DNA from: Paraspadella gotoi
Taxonomy: Eukaryota > Animalia > Chaetognatha
Assembly: GCA_051294375.1 (NCBI GenBank)
Contig: CM119266.1
Coordinates: forward strand, 19,417,657 to 19,481,656
Reading direction: 5' to 3'
Length of the DNA: 64,000 bases
Within the stretch, counting starts at the first letter, position 1, and every line of letters starts with the position of its first letter. Positions 1 to 10,689 of the stretch are shown here, in pieces. The position numbers were made by a program, and so were the translations under genes. Below the pieces are notes generated by a model, which worked only from the letters and a program-made list of their open reading frames with translations, was not told the origin of the DNA and made no database searches.

Positions 1-119
1 AATACCAAACAGAAGGAAGTTTTCAAATTTTTAATATATAAAGTACAATTACGAATAACACCTGGCAAAGCCAAAAGATAGTTTGATAGTTTAAAGCTGT
101 CCGCTCCGACCCGACTCAC

Positions 120-177
120 CTGGCGTGTCAACGATCGTGAGACGAAGTTTGACTCCTTGCTCCTCAATTTCGAGCAT
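120..177 (-). CDS. Septin exon with G3 motif (MLEIEEQGVKLRLTIVDTPG); gene continues beyond the left edge
   Basis: TTTCAG acceptor at 179-178 and GTGAGT donor at 119-114. Joins the 714-1014 exon in phase 0; DTPG is the septin G3 motif. Confidence 0.93.
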
Positions 178-713
178 CTGAAAGAAAATGGGGAGAAGAA
201 GGCTGAGATCAAATGGCGACGACGACGACGACGACTACGGTTACGATGTCACAACCCAGTAGAAGAAGCAGATGGTAAAGAAATAAAGGCAAAAAAAAAA
301 ATTCCTCTTTTTCATTCATTTATGCGGGAGAGATAAACGGGTCCCAAGGTCCCAGTTTTTTCACTTTTACAAAAGTTTTTGTCTTGTTTCTCCTTTTTCT
401 TTATTCATAGACTTGATAAAGTAAATTAATAATAGAATTTATGCAGAAAAACTGGCTGCTTTCGATGTCTGGAATAGAAAAGCACTTTGAAGAAGTTTAA
501 AAAAAACAAGAGGAAAGAAAAACAAGAAATAGAAATATAAAGCAAATGCTATTAAAATATCATCTCAAAATTTAAAAAGAATACATTCTCACTATGTTAT
601 TCAACTATTATTAAACATTTAATCAGAAAATGTGACCAAAATCAATGAAAGAGAGACTTTGATCCACTCATCGATTCATCCGCCCCAAACGACTCTTCAA
701 GTCCTCAACCCAC

Positions 714-1014
714 CTTCTTCTCGATCTCCACAGTCTTCTCAATTCGATCCTCGACGACGGGGACGACGCGATCCTCGTAGAGTTCGTTGAGGAAGAGGCT
801 GTTGATCAAGGTGCTCTTTCCGAGACCAGACTCTCCCACGACCATCAGAGTGAAGTCGAACCCTCGTTTCACACTTTTGCGGTGAATCTGCTCGGGGAGA
901 GTCGCGAATCCTATGCAGTCGCCTCCGCCGCCGCCTCCGCCTCCGCCGCCGCCTCCATCATCCTCGGCCCCGTTACTTCCGCCGCCCAAGACGCCCAGGT
1001 TTTCCCGAGAGAAA
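714..1014 (-). CDS. Septin, SEPT2 subgroup (SEPT4/5-like), internal exon with polybasic region and P-loop
   Basis: Translation ...[41 protein letters not shown]...EKK is the septin G1 region. Acceptor TACTAAT..TTCTAG ends at 1015 and donor GTGGGT starts at 713. An in-frame TAA at 1040-1038 and no ATG mean an upstream exon is needed. Confidence 0.93.
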
Positions 1015-1570
1015 CTAGAATCGATATTAGTAAAGGATTAACTTGAGGATTTCTCGTAATGAGGAGGATTGAAGGAGTAATAATTTTCTTTTCCAGCTGC
1101 GAGTTGAGTTGGGATTTTCAATTCCCAGGCGCCATCTTTCTTTTTCTCAATTCCCTCCCATCTTTATTTCTCTCTCTTTGTTTACGATTTTTCATTTAGC
1201 GTTTTGGTTGTCGTTGTTGTTGCTCTTGTGATTCCGCAGGAATCGTGTTTTTTGCATCCAAACAATTTTTTTTTCACTCAACTCTTTTTCAAATTCCCGA
1301 CAATGTCTATCTTTGTATCACGTTACCAGCTCGTCTCATATGTTCAACACGTTGTTTTTTTTCGTCCGCTTTCCTTTTTTTTTCGTCTGCTTTTCCTTTT
1401 TTTTCCCTTTTTTTTCCTTTCAGCTTAACTCTAGATTTCTCCACTTCGCTCCCCATCATTCCAAATGATCATCAAACTCAAAGCGAAAGAGAAAAACTCG
1501 TTTCAAGATTGGGATTCATTCTTTCTCTTCTTATCATTCCGCTTTTCTGTCTTTCTGTATTTCTATATAT

Positions 1571-1656
<86 letters not shown>

Positions 1657-1659
1657 TTC

Positions 1660-1702
<43 letters not shown>

Positions 1703-2033
1703 ATTACCTTCCCATTTTTTGTTATTCATTTACATAATCGATTTGAAGAGCTTTTTATTTTCCTTTTCAAGAAAAACTTTGACCTATATGTTAAATATAT
1801 AATCCCTTTCTCTTAACATTCTGTTATTAACTAGGACTTTCCAAGTTTAGGGCGTCTCAATGAAGATTTATTGGGCGCCATCATTGACTTTCGCTTAACC
1901 CCGACCGCCTTGAAATGTTAACTTATTTATTCTTCCAATTATAACTCAACTAGTCTCGGCTTTTATTTCTTAGTTTTTAATCCCTAAATACCTTTATGAT
2001 GTTAGTTTTTATGTTATATTTTTATCAGTGTGG

Positions 2034-2235
2034 TGAAGAGACAGTAATTATTGTTGTGTGTTAGTGACAGAACCGTTCAATATAAGCAGTCCCTGAGCTT
2101 CGGATCAGGCTGTAACACCATGTTACAGGCGGGTTCAGCGCCCCGTCCCTCTTAACTGCCAGACGACCACCGGGCTAGAACCCCGGACCTTTGGGTTGGG
2201 AGGCGAATGACTTGCCTCCGGCACCAATGGCCGCT
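2034..2235 (-). mobile_element. Family-2 tRNA-bearing element (LTR-like or SINE), 5'-truncated copy
   Basis: Homologous to 15756-15965, 60935-61153 and 61179-61389. B-box-like GGTTCTAGCCC at 2182-2172; ends ...GTCTCTTCA. Confidence 0.75.
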
Positions 2236-2382
2236 AAATTCTCTCTTTCTTTCTTTCTTTCTTTCTTTTTTTCTTTTTTTCTTTTTTTCTTTCTTTCTTT
2301 CTTTCTTTCTTTCTTTTTTTCTTTCTTTCTTTCTTTATATATATCTATCATTTTTTTCCAATCTCACTCACTCCAAATTCTC

Positions 2383-2453
<71 letters not shown>

Positions 2454-2596
2454 ATCTATCTATCTATAAGAACATTAACAAGAATACTGACTCAGAGAGA
2501 GATAGATAGATAGATAGATCTATCTATCTATCATATCGTATCTATCTATCTGTCTATCTTTATCTATCTATCTTTCTAATCTATCTAAATCTATCG

Positions 2597-2627
<31 letters not shown>

Positions 2628-2636
2628 TCTATCTAT

Positions 2637-2691
<55 letters not shown>

Positions 2692-2907
2692 ATTCTTGTT
2701 AATGTTCTTCCTCTTTTACGTCGTCGTCTTCGTCGTGTCTCACCGAAAGGAAGGCAAGGGGAAAAGGGCAGGAAAGAACGACTTTCCTTCTCCGTGTTGT
2801 CATCGTCGTCGTCATCGTCGTCATCGTCGTTGTCGTCGTCGTATAACATAGAGCCATTTTGGCCGCGTGAAGCGTTGAGTCGCACGGAGGTAAACATAAA
2901 AATCTCA

Positions 2908-3168
2908 GCTCTCTTTTCCGAGAACGCCCAATTTTTGTTCCATAATTCCTGAAATTAAATTTTATCTTAATATTTAATACTAAACCATAACGAATCCAAT
3001 AATCTAATTGCTAACCTTAATTGACCCCTAAACCCCTAATCCTAATCACTAACCTAATACCAAACCCTAATCCTTGACTTAATCATTAAATTAATCCTTA
3101 ACCATAAACCTAAAATTTTATTTTATTCCAAATTTTATATGAAATGTGGAGTTATAGGAAAATAAGGC
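2908..3168. mobile_element. MITE with degenerate telomere-like (CCCTAA/TTAGGG) interior
   Basis: Ends GCTCTCTTTTCCGAGAACGCCC and GGAAAATAAGGC are shared with copies at 25835, 36647, 44278, 58831 and 63311. Confidence 0.65.
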
Positions 3169-3939
3169 TAAAATCTCTGCTGTGGTGACTCACATAGATA
3201 ACATAAATAATATTAAAACATAATGATCTCAAAATTTCATTTGTCCAGTATGAAAGTTATAAAACATTAATATTATCTAATTTTATATCTTTTGTTAAAT
3301 CAAAATTTGTCATCAAATTTTACTATATATATTTTACTTTAATAATTTTATTTTCTTTTTTTCTTTGCATCTTACTCTGAATTTCACTCATCTCACATCT
3401 TCCCGTTTCAACCGCTTGTCTGCTTCGTAATCAAATCTTTTAAACTCAACTCTTTTCAACTCAACTCTTTCTTTCTCAACTCCTTTCTCAACTCTTTCTC
3501 TCTCCGCCTTTTCCGTTTTCTCATCAAACTTTGAACAGAAATGAATTATTTGCTGAGACACGAAAATTCATCGTCAGTGGAAACGAGAGGGTGAGGGGGG
3601 GCGTCGTCTTTCTTTTATAGACTCACCTTTACTTCCTTCGCATGACACAGGAATGACATGACATGACATGACAGTCACTGCTAATTTCGCACATAATCCC
3701 ATACTTTTTCATATTTCTATGAAACTTGAAACGTCGTCCCACAAATAACTTTTCAAATTTTATCCCTCGTTTGATTTTTTTTCATCTAATTTTCGATTTT
3801 TTTTTCATCAAATCAAATTTTCTCGATTCATCTCTGGCCCTATTTTTTAATTTATTCTCTCTCTCTCTAAATTAATCCATAACTCGATTACAGTTTTTAA
3901 TTTATACTCGCTAATCTCTTTTTCTTCTTTAATCCTTTT

Positions 3940-4490
3940 TCTTTCCTTTTTCTCTCTCACCTTTCTTCTTCGTAATCTTTCTTTTCTTTTTCTCTCTCAC
4001 TTTCTTCTTTTTTAATCTTTCTTTTCCTTTTCTCTCTCACCTTTCTTCCTTTCTTAATCTTTCTTTTCTTTTTCTCTCTCACCTTTCTTCTTCGTAATCT
4101 TTCTTTTCTTTTTCTCTCTCACCTTTCTTCTTTTTTAATCTTTCTTTTTCTTTTTTCTCTCACCTTTCTTTTTTTTTAATCTTTCTTTTCTTTTTCTCTC
4201 TTCACCTTTCTTCTTCGTAATCTTTCTTTTCTTTTTCTCTCTCACCTTTCTTCTTTTTTTAATCTTTCTTTTCTTTTTTTCTCTCACCTTTCTTCTTTTT
4301 TAATCTTTCTTTTCTTTTCTCTCCTCCTACCTTTCTTCTTTTTCCTCTTCTCACCCTCTCTCTCTTTTTTAATCTTTCTTTTCTTTTTCTCTCTCACCCT
4401 TCTTTTTTAATCTTTTTTCTTTTTCTCTCTCACCTTTCTTCTTTTTTAATCTTTCTTTTCTTTTTCGCTCTCACCTTTCTTCTTCGTAAT
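3940..4490. repeat. Pyrimidine-rich minisatellite, ~38-40-bp unit (CTCTCTCACCTTTCTTCTT...AATCTTTCTTTT)
   Basis: More than ten visible tandem units; mirrored at ~13540-14110. Confidence 0.85.
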
Positions 4491-6130
4491 CTCTCCATTC
4501 GCGCGACCTTCCTCCATCAGCCTGACGATCACGACGCCGCATCTTGATCAGTCTTTGCCCGTCTTAGTCCGCTTTCGTTCCCCTTTGCCCCCCTCAGTCC
4601 GAGTCTTTGTCCGCCTTCCCCGCTACCACTCTTCGTTTTCAAGCTCGATCCTTTTTTCGCCGGAATTTTTCTTGATGTGTTTCCAGTTAAACTTCGTTAG
4701 GATAAAAGATTCGTTCGTTGTTCTTCAGAGAGGGCGGGAGAGTCGGAGAGTCGGAGAGTCGGAGAGTCGGAGAGTCGGAGAGTCGGAGAGTCGGAGAGTC
4801 GGAGAGTCGGAGTCCCGCAATTACGACGAAAGTGATTCACGTCACCCATATATGACGCCGACGAGTAATTCCGTCTTCATAATTCCTTTTATTGTTTATT
4901 TCGTTGTCTTTTCAAATCTTGGTGAATTTTTTTTACTGCGACGCTGCGAATTTTGTAGTAAAAAAAAATATCCCTTTCTGTTATTCAGATACTAGTAGGC
5001 TAAAAATAAAATCAATATTATTTAGTATATACATAAAAAATTGGTGAACAAGAAATTACGGACGTAAAAATAAAAATGACGAAATTTAAAAAAAGGAAAA
5101 ATTGGACGACGACCGAATTTGTTTTCCTTTTTTTTTTTGTCCAAAGATTTGAATTCACACCTCGAAATTTCACACCTGATATGGAAATTAGGGAAAAAGG
5201 AGTCGACAGAGGGAAAGCATGGCAAGGTGGCATTGATTTAATCAGTAAAGCTGGCATGACTGAGTTTGAATGCTGGCCTGGCTGAGTTGGAATGCTGGCA
5301 TACTGAGTACGAATATGAAAAGTTGGAGAAGAGAATTTTAAATGAAGTGTGAATAATAATTATAATAATACTAATAACAAAAATGATAATAATACTAATA
5401 AACTTTTAAATAAAAAAATTGGCAAATGAACGAGGAATAGATCTTTCTCGTGATTAAAAAAAAAAATCTTAAATCAGATTTTGTTTTGAGGCTCGAATCT
5501 GTAAACAAACCCTGAAAATATCTTTTTATCTGAAAATCGCTTTGGCAGAAAACAATAATGAACTAAAAGAACAAACCAACAAAAAATTACACATATTTAA
5601 AAAAAAAATTACATTAGCAATACAAGTGGTGACGTTAGATATTTTAAGTTTAACAGGGTATTGTTTTTTCTCTTGAGCGGACTACTATTACTGAGTTATT
5701 ATCGGATTATATTCTTGGCCACTGATGGTACATTAACGAAGGCGGATTAAATGTGCGTTGTGCTGGAGCGAAGCAAGAGAGCGCTGGACAGAAGATGGGG
5801 GAAAACAGAAAGAGAAGAATGCGGTAGAAAATGTTAGAAAAAAGTAGATGAAAAAGAAGAAAGATATAAAAGAAAGAGAAAAAGAGAATTACGGTCGATT
5901 AAAAAAAAGTTCCCGATCTCATAAAATACTAATCTGCTCTATTCTAAGTTTAAAAGGAGATGTTAGGAAAAAAAAAGGAAAAAGGGAAATGAAAGTGGTA
6001 AGGAAAAGTAAGGAAAAAATTAAGGAAAAGTAAGGAAAAAAGTGATAACCAACATGAAAAAGATGAAAGAAGAATAAAGAAAAAAAGAATTGAAAGAAGC
6101 TAATGAAAGAAAACCGTAAAAAAGAAAGAA

Positions 6131-6372
6131 TGTTGGTATTGGTGTTAGAGTTGATGTTAGAGTTGGTGTTGGTGTTGGTGTTAGAGTTGGTGTTGGTGTT
6201 AGTGTTGGTGTTAGTGTTAGAGTTGGTGTTAGAGTTGCTGTTGGTCTTGGTGTTGGTGTTAGAGTTGCTGTTGGTCTTGGTGTTGGAGTTAGAGTTAGAG
6301 TTAGACTTGGTGTTGGTGTTGGTGTTAGAGTTGCTGTTGGTCTTGGTGTTGGAGTTAGAGTTGGTGTTGGTT
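6131..6372. repeat. Degenerate hexamer repeat (TTGGTG/TTAGAG)
   Basis: Direct reading. Produces the spurious LVLELV ORF; mirrored at ~11665-11907. Confidence 0.85.
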
Positions 6373-7342
6373 AAGAAAAAGACAAGAAAACCATTAAGAG
6401 ATAAGGAAAAGAAAGTTAAAAAGAAAGTCGCATTTTTGAGAAATGCAGAGAGAGAGAGAGAAAGAGACGATGTCTCCTAGCAGGAATGAAAAAAAGCAAA
6501 AAAAAAAAAAAAAAACAGCAAAAGCGAAATTTTGGTTGTTGAGGCTAAAAAGCAGACCAGCCTTTCGCAGCTGCGAGTCTGCGGTTCTCAGGTAAAGCAG
6601 CGCTACGGCGACGCGACAATTCTTTTCTCAAAATCTCAAAATTTCGTTTCGAATTTGTTTTTAAAATTTTTTTTTTTCGAATTCTGTTGAGAATCAGTCG
6701 CTTCGACGTAAATAGGGAATTTCTTTCGATTGTTCGGTCGCCAATTGACAACGAGGTAGATGCGTCAGGGGGGGGGCGTTCTGGACTCGAAATTTATTTT
6801 ATATTTTATGTCGTCAAAAACTTTTAAAATCAAATGTTTCTTCGTTTCGAAACGCGATCAAAGCATAAAAACTAAAAAAGAAGAATTTCCGTATGTAAAT
6901 GAACCGAGAGACTGAGATCAAATGTTTTGAAAGTCAGATATTGATACTTTTGTAAACATTGTTGATTCAATTTTTAAATCGTTTTTTACCGATTCAACAA
7001 TGTTGAACAATGTTGAATCGGTAAAAAAACAAAATTTAAAAATTAATTCCACCAATGATAATGAAATATACCTAAATGTATATTTATGTTTAAAATCACT
7101 ATACGTTGGAAAATGGAGGTAAACTTTTAGATAATTTTGGTCTTAAACTCTGACAAAAATTTGAGCAGAAATTCGACCGAATTTGAAGGTGAAACGATTT
7201 TTTTTCTGCGAGGAAAAAAGTTCACTTTGGGTTCAAGTCTAACGGCGTGCGAGGTTTTTTCTTTTTATACTTTTTCCGGCAGACTCGCTTTTTTTTCTGC
7301 CCCCCTCTCTCTCTCTTTTCTCTCTCTCCTCTCTCTCTCGTG

Positions 7343-7374
<32 letters not shown>

Positions 7375-7510
7375 TCTCCCTTTGAAGTTCACGAAAGGAA
7401 AGTTCTGTTCAATTTGGAGCAAAATTGCTGAAAATAAAATTTTACAATAATTTTTAAAATTAACAAATTCAACGTTCAACATGTTGAAAATAATTTAGCA
7501 TTTATCTCTC

Positions 7511-7577
<67 letters not shown>

Positions 7578-7735
7578 TCAAATCCCCAGCCTAATAGTAA
7601 TACAAAGTAAAGATCTTTAACTTTTGGCAAATTGGAGAAAAGCGAAACCAACGGGGAATATTTGATGCTCGAGATTCAATTAGATTATTTTCATGGAGCG
7701 AGTGTCCGCCGGTCCGCCGTTTATATTCGTGGGTT

Positions 7736-8427
7736 TGTGGATAAGGCGCTACGTGGGCTGAAGATGACTTTCCGTAAACTTCTATAACCCCTCTCAGCAG
7801 CCATGGAACGGGTCCCTGGGCTTGGAACCAGGCTTGAGGGTTTGCCATGCCCCCAAGGCGGCTTACGGCCGTCCCACGCTTCCCGCAGAGTAGGTACCAT
7901 GTTGGGATTGAACCCGGTACCTTGTGGTCATGAGCTGATGGCTTTACTCAATGAGCCACCGGGTCACAACTGAAAGCGTCATGTTTCTAGGCGGGGTGAA
8001 CCTAGGCAATGCCCGACTACATGCCCCCCAGATTGTAACCCACCCTGCACTGCTTCCAGTGTAGGGAGGGGAGCAATCTTCAGCTAGACCAAGGGCCTGG
8101 AATCAGAAGGTTGGAATACGCTCGACAGGATGGGCTCACCAGTGTGGATAAGGCGCTACGTGGGCTGAAGATGACTTTCCGTAACTTCTATAACCCCCTC
8201 TAGCAGCCATGGAACGGGTCCCTGGGCTTGGAACCAGGCTTGAGGGTTTGCCATGCCCCAAGGCGGCTTACGGCCGTCCTCACGCTTCCCGCAGAGTAGG
8301 TACCATGTTGGGATTGAACCCGGTACCTAGTGGTCATGAGCTGATGGCTTTACTCAATGAGCCACCGGGTCACAACTGAAAGCGTCATGTTTCTAGGCGG
8401 GGTGAACCTAGGCAATGCCCGACTACA
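7736..8427 (-). mobile_element. Complete TRIM (miniature LTR retrotransposon) with tRNA-like Pol III promoter in each LTR (Helenus/TRIMp3-like)
   Basis: Direct repeats 8143-8427 and 7736-8021 (~285 bp, TGTAG...CCACA on the minus strand) flank a 121-bp interior. PBS TGGTGAGCCC at 8141-8132, G6 tract at 8029-8024, 4-bp TSD GGTT at 7732-7735 and 8428-8431. A box TGGCTCATTGAGT (8364-8352) and B box GGTTCAATCC (8320-8311). Confidence 0.92.
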
Positions 8428-9616
8428 GGTTGAAGACAGCGTGGATGGCAGTGTATGGTAAAAATGGTAAGGTATGGTAAAGTAATGAAAATGGTAAGGC
8501 TAAATCCCTAATATGCGGAACCCCATGCGTGACGTGACTGTTTTTGGTTAAAATTATCGATAGTAACTAATTTTGGGGAAAAATTGAAAAAGTTAAAAAA
8601 GTAATGATTCGCGCGCGTGACCTAGAATTCATTATCGAATTACCTCAATTAAGACAAAAAGACAAAAAGACGAGGGATTTAATAAGACACGTATACTACT
8701 ACACAGGTCAGAATTTGGACAGATTCGTTTTTGGGTTCTGCTTGGTTCTGCTTGGCGGGTCGGAATGGAATTTGGCTCCGGATCACGACGAGGTTAAAAG
8801 AGAACCCACCCAAAATTCTCTTCCGCCGGGAGAGAAAAAAATATTGAGGAATAAGAGGATGAGGAAGAGGAAGTGAAGGTGGAAGAAGAAGACGAGGAAG
8901 AAGAAGAAGAGGAGGAAGAAGAAGAGGAGGAGGAAGAAGAAGNNNNNNNNNNNNNNNNNNNNNNNNNTTCTCTCCTCTTCTTCTTCCTCTTTCTTCTTCT
9001 TCTTCCTCCTCTTCTCTCTTCTTCCTCCTCTTCTCTTCTTCCTCTTCTCTCTTCTTCTTCTTCTCCTCTTCTTCTTCTTCCTCATCTTCTTCTTCCTGCT
9101 CCTCCTCTTCTTCTTCCTCCTCTCTTCTTCTTCCTCCTCTTCTTCTTCTTCCTCGTCTTCTTCTTCCACCTTCACTTCCTCTTCCTCATCCTCTTATTCC
9201 TCAATATTTTTTTCTCTCCCGGCGGAAGAGAATTTTGGGTGGGTTCTCTTTTAACCTCGTCGTGATCCGGAGCCAAATTCCATTCCGACCGCCAAGCAGA
9301 ACCAAGCAGAACCCAAAAACGAATCTGTCCAAATTCTGACCTGTGTAGTAGTATACGTGTCTTATTAAATCCCTCGTCTTTTTGTCTTTTGTCTTAATTG
9401 AGGTAATTCGATAATGAATTCTAGTCACGCGCGCGAATCATTACTTTTTTAACTTTTTCAATTTTTCCCCAAAATTAGTTACTATCGATAATTTTAACCA
9501 AAAACAGTCACGTCACGCATGGGGTTCCGCATATTAGGGATTTAGCCTTACCATTTTCATTACTTTACCATACCTTACCATTTTTACCATACACTGCCAT
9601 CCACGCTGTCTTCACC

Positions 9617-10307
9617 TGTAGTCGGGCATTGCCTAGGTTCACCCCGCCTAGAAACATGGACGCTTTCAGTTGTGACCCGGTGGCTCATTGAGTAAAGCCA
9701 TCAGCTCATGACCACTAGGTACCGGGTTCAATCCCAACATGGTACCTACTCTGCGGGAAGCGTGAGGACGGCCGTAAGCCGCCTTGGGGCATGGCAAACC
9801 CTCAAGCCTGGTTCCAAGCCCAGGGACCCGTTCCATGGCTGCTAGAGGGGGTTATAGAAGTTACGGAAAGTCATCTTCAGCCCACGTAGCGCCTTATCCA
9901 CACTGGTGAGCCCATCCTGTCGAGCGTATTCCACCTTCTGATTCCAGGCCCTTGGTCTAGCTGAAGATTGCTCCCCTCCCTACACTGGAAGCAGTGCAGG
10001 GTGGGTTACAATCTGGGGGGCATGTAGTCGGGCATTGCCTAGGTTCACCCCGCCTAGAAACATGGACGCTTTCAGTTGTGACCCGGTGGCTCATTGAGTA
10101 AAGCCATCAGCTCATGACCCAAGGGTACCGGGTTCAATCCCAACATGGTACCTACTCTGCGGGAAGCGTGGGACGGCCGTAAGCCGCCTTGGGGGCATGG
10201 CAAACCCTCAAGCCTGGTTCCAAGCCCAGGGACCCGTTCCATGGCTGCTGAGAGGGGTTATAGAAGTTACGGAAGTCATCTTCAGCCCACGTAGCGCCTT
10301 ATCCACA
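9617..10307 (+). mobile_element. Mirror copy of the TRIM in the right arm of the inverted duplication
   Basis: Reverse complement of 7736-8427 with the same flanks, so not an independent insertion. Confidence 0.85.
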
Positions 10308-10468
10308 AACCCACGAATATAAACGGCGGACCGGCGGACACTCGCTCCATGAAATAATCTAATTGAATCTCGAGCATCAAATATTCCCCGTTGGTTTCGC
10401 TTTTCTCCAATTTGCCAAAAGTTAAAGATCTTTACTTTGTATTACTATTTAGGCTGGGGATTTGAAGC

Positions 10469-10519
<51 letters not shown>

Positions 10520-10655
10520 AGAGAGATAAATGCTAAATTATTTTTCAACATGTTGAACGTTGAATTTGTTAATTTTAAAATATTGTAAAATTTTATTTTC
10601 AGCAATTTTGCTCCAAATTGAACAGAACTTTCCTTTCGTGAACTTCAAAGGGAGA

Positions 10656-10689
<34 letters not shown>

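Noticed and set aside
1204-2509. ORFs such as FFLSFFLS, KKERKKER and ERERER, here and throughout the window
   Set aside because: They are translations of (CTTT)n, (GA)n, (GAC)n and (GAA)n microsatellites, open in several frames on both strands with no domain signal.
6103-6480. Leucine-zipper or transmembrane-like ORF; also a possible telomere
   Set aside because: It is an interstitial degenerate hexamer repeat, not a pure telomeric array, with no coding evidence.
6965-7048. Short AT-rich hairpin (TTTTTTACCGATTCAACA / TGTTGAATCGGTAAAAAA)
   Set aside because: A real inverted repeat, but there is only one independent copy here and no TSD, so it cannot be classified.
8300-8372. Genuine tRNA-Met gene (CAT anticodon-like)
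   Set aside because: Acceptor and D stems do not pair properly and the segment is embedded in an LTR, so it is tRNA-derived rather than a functional tRNA.
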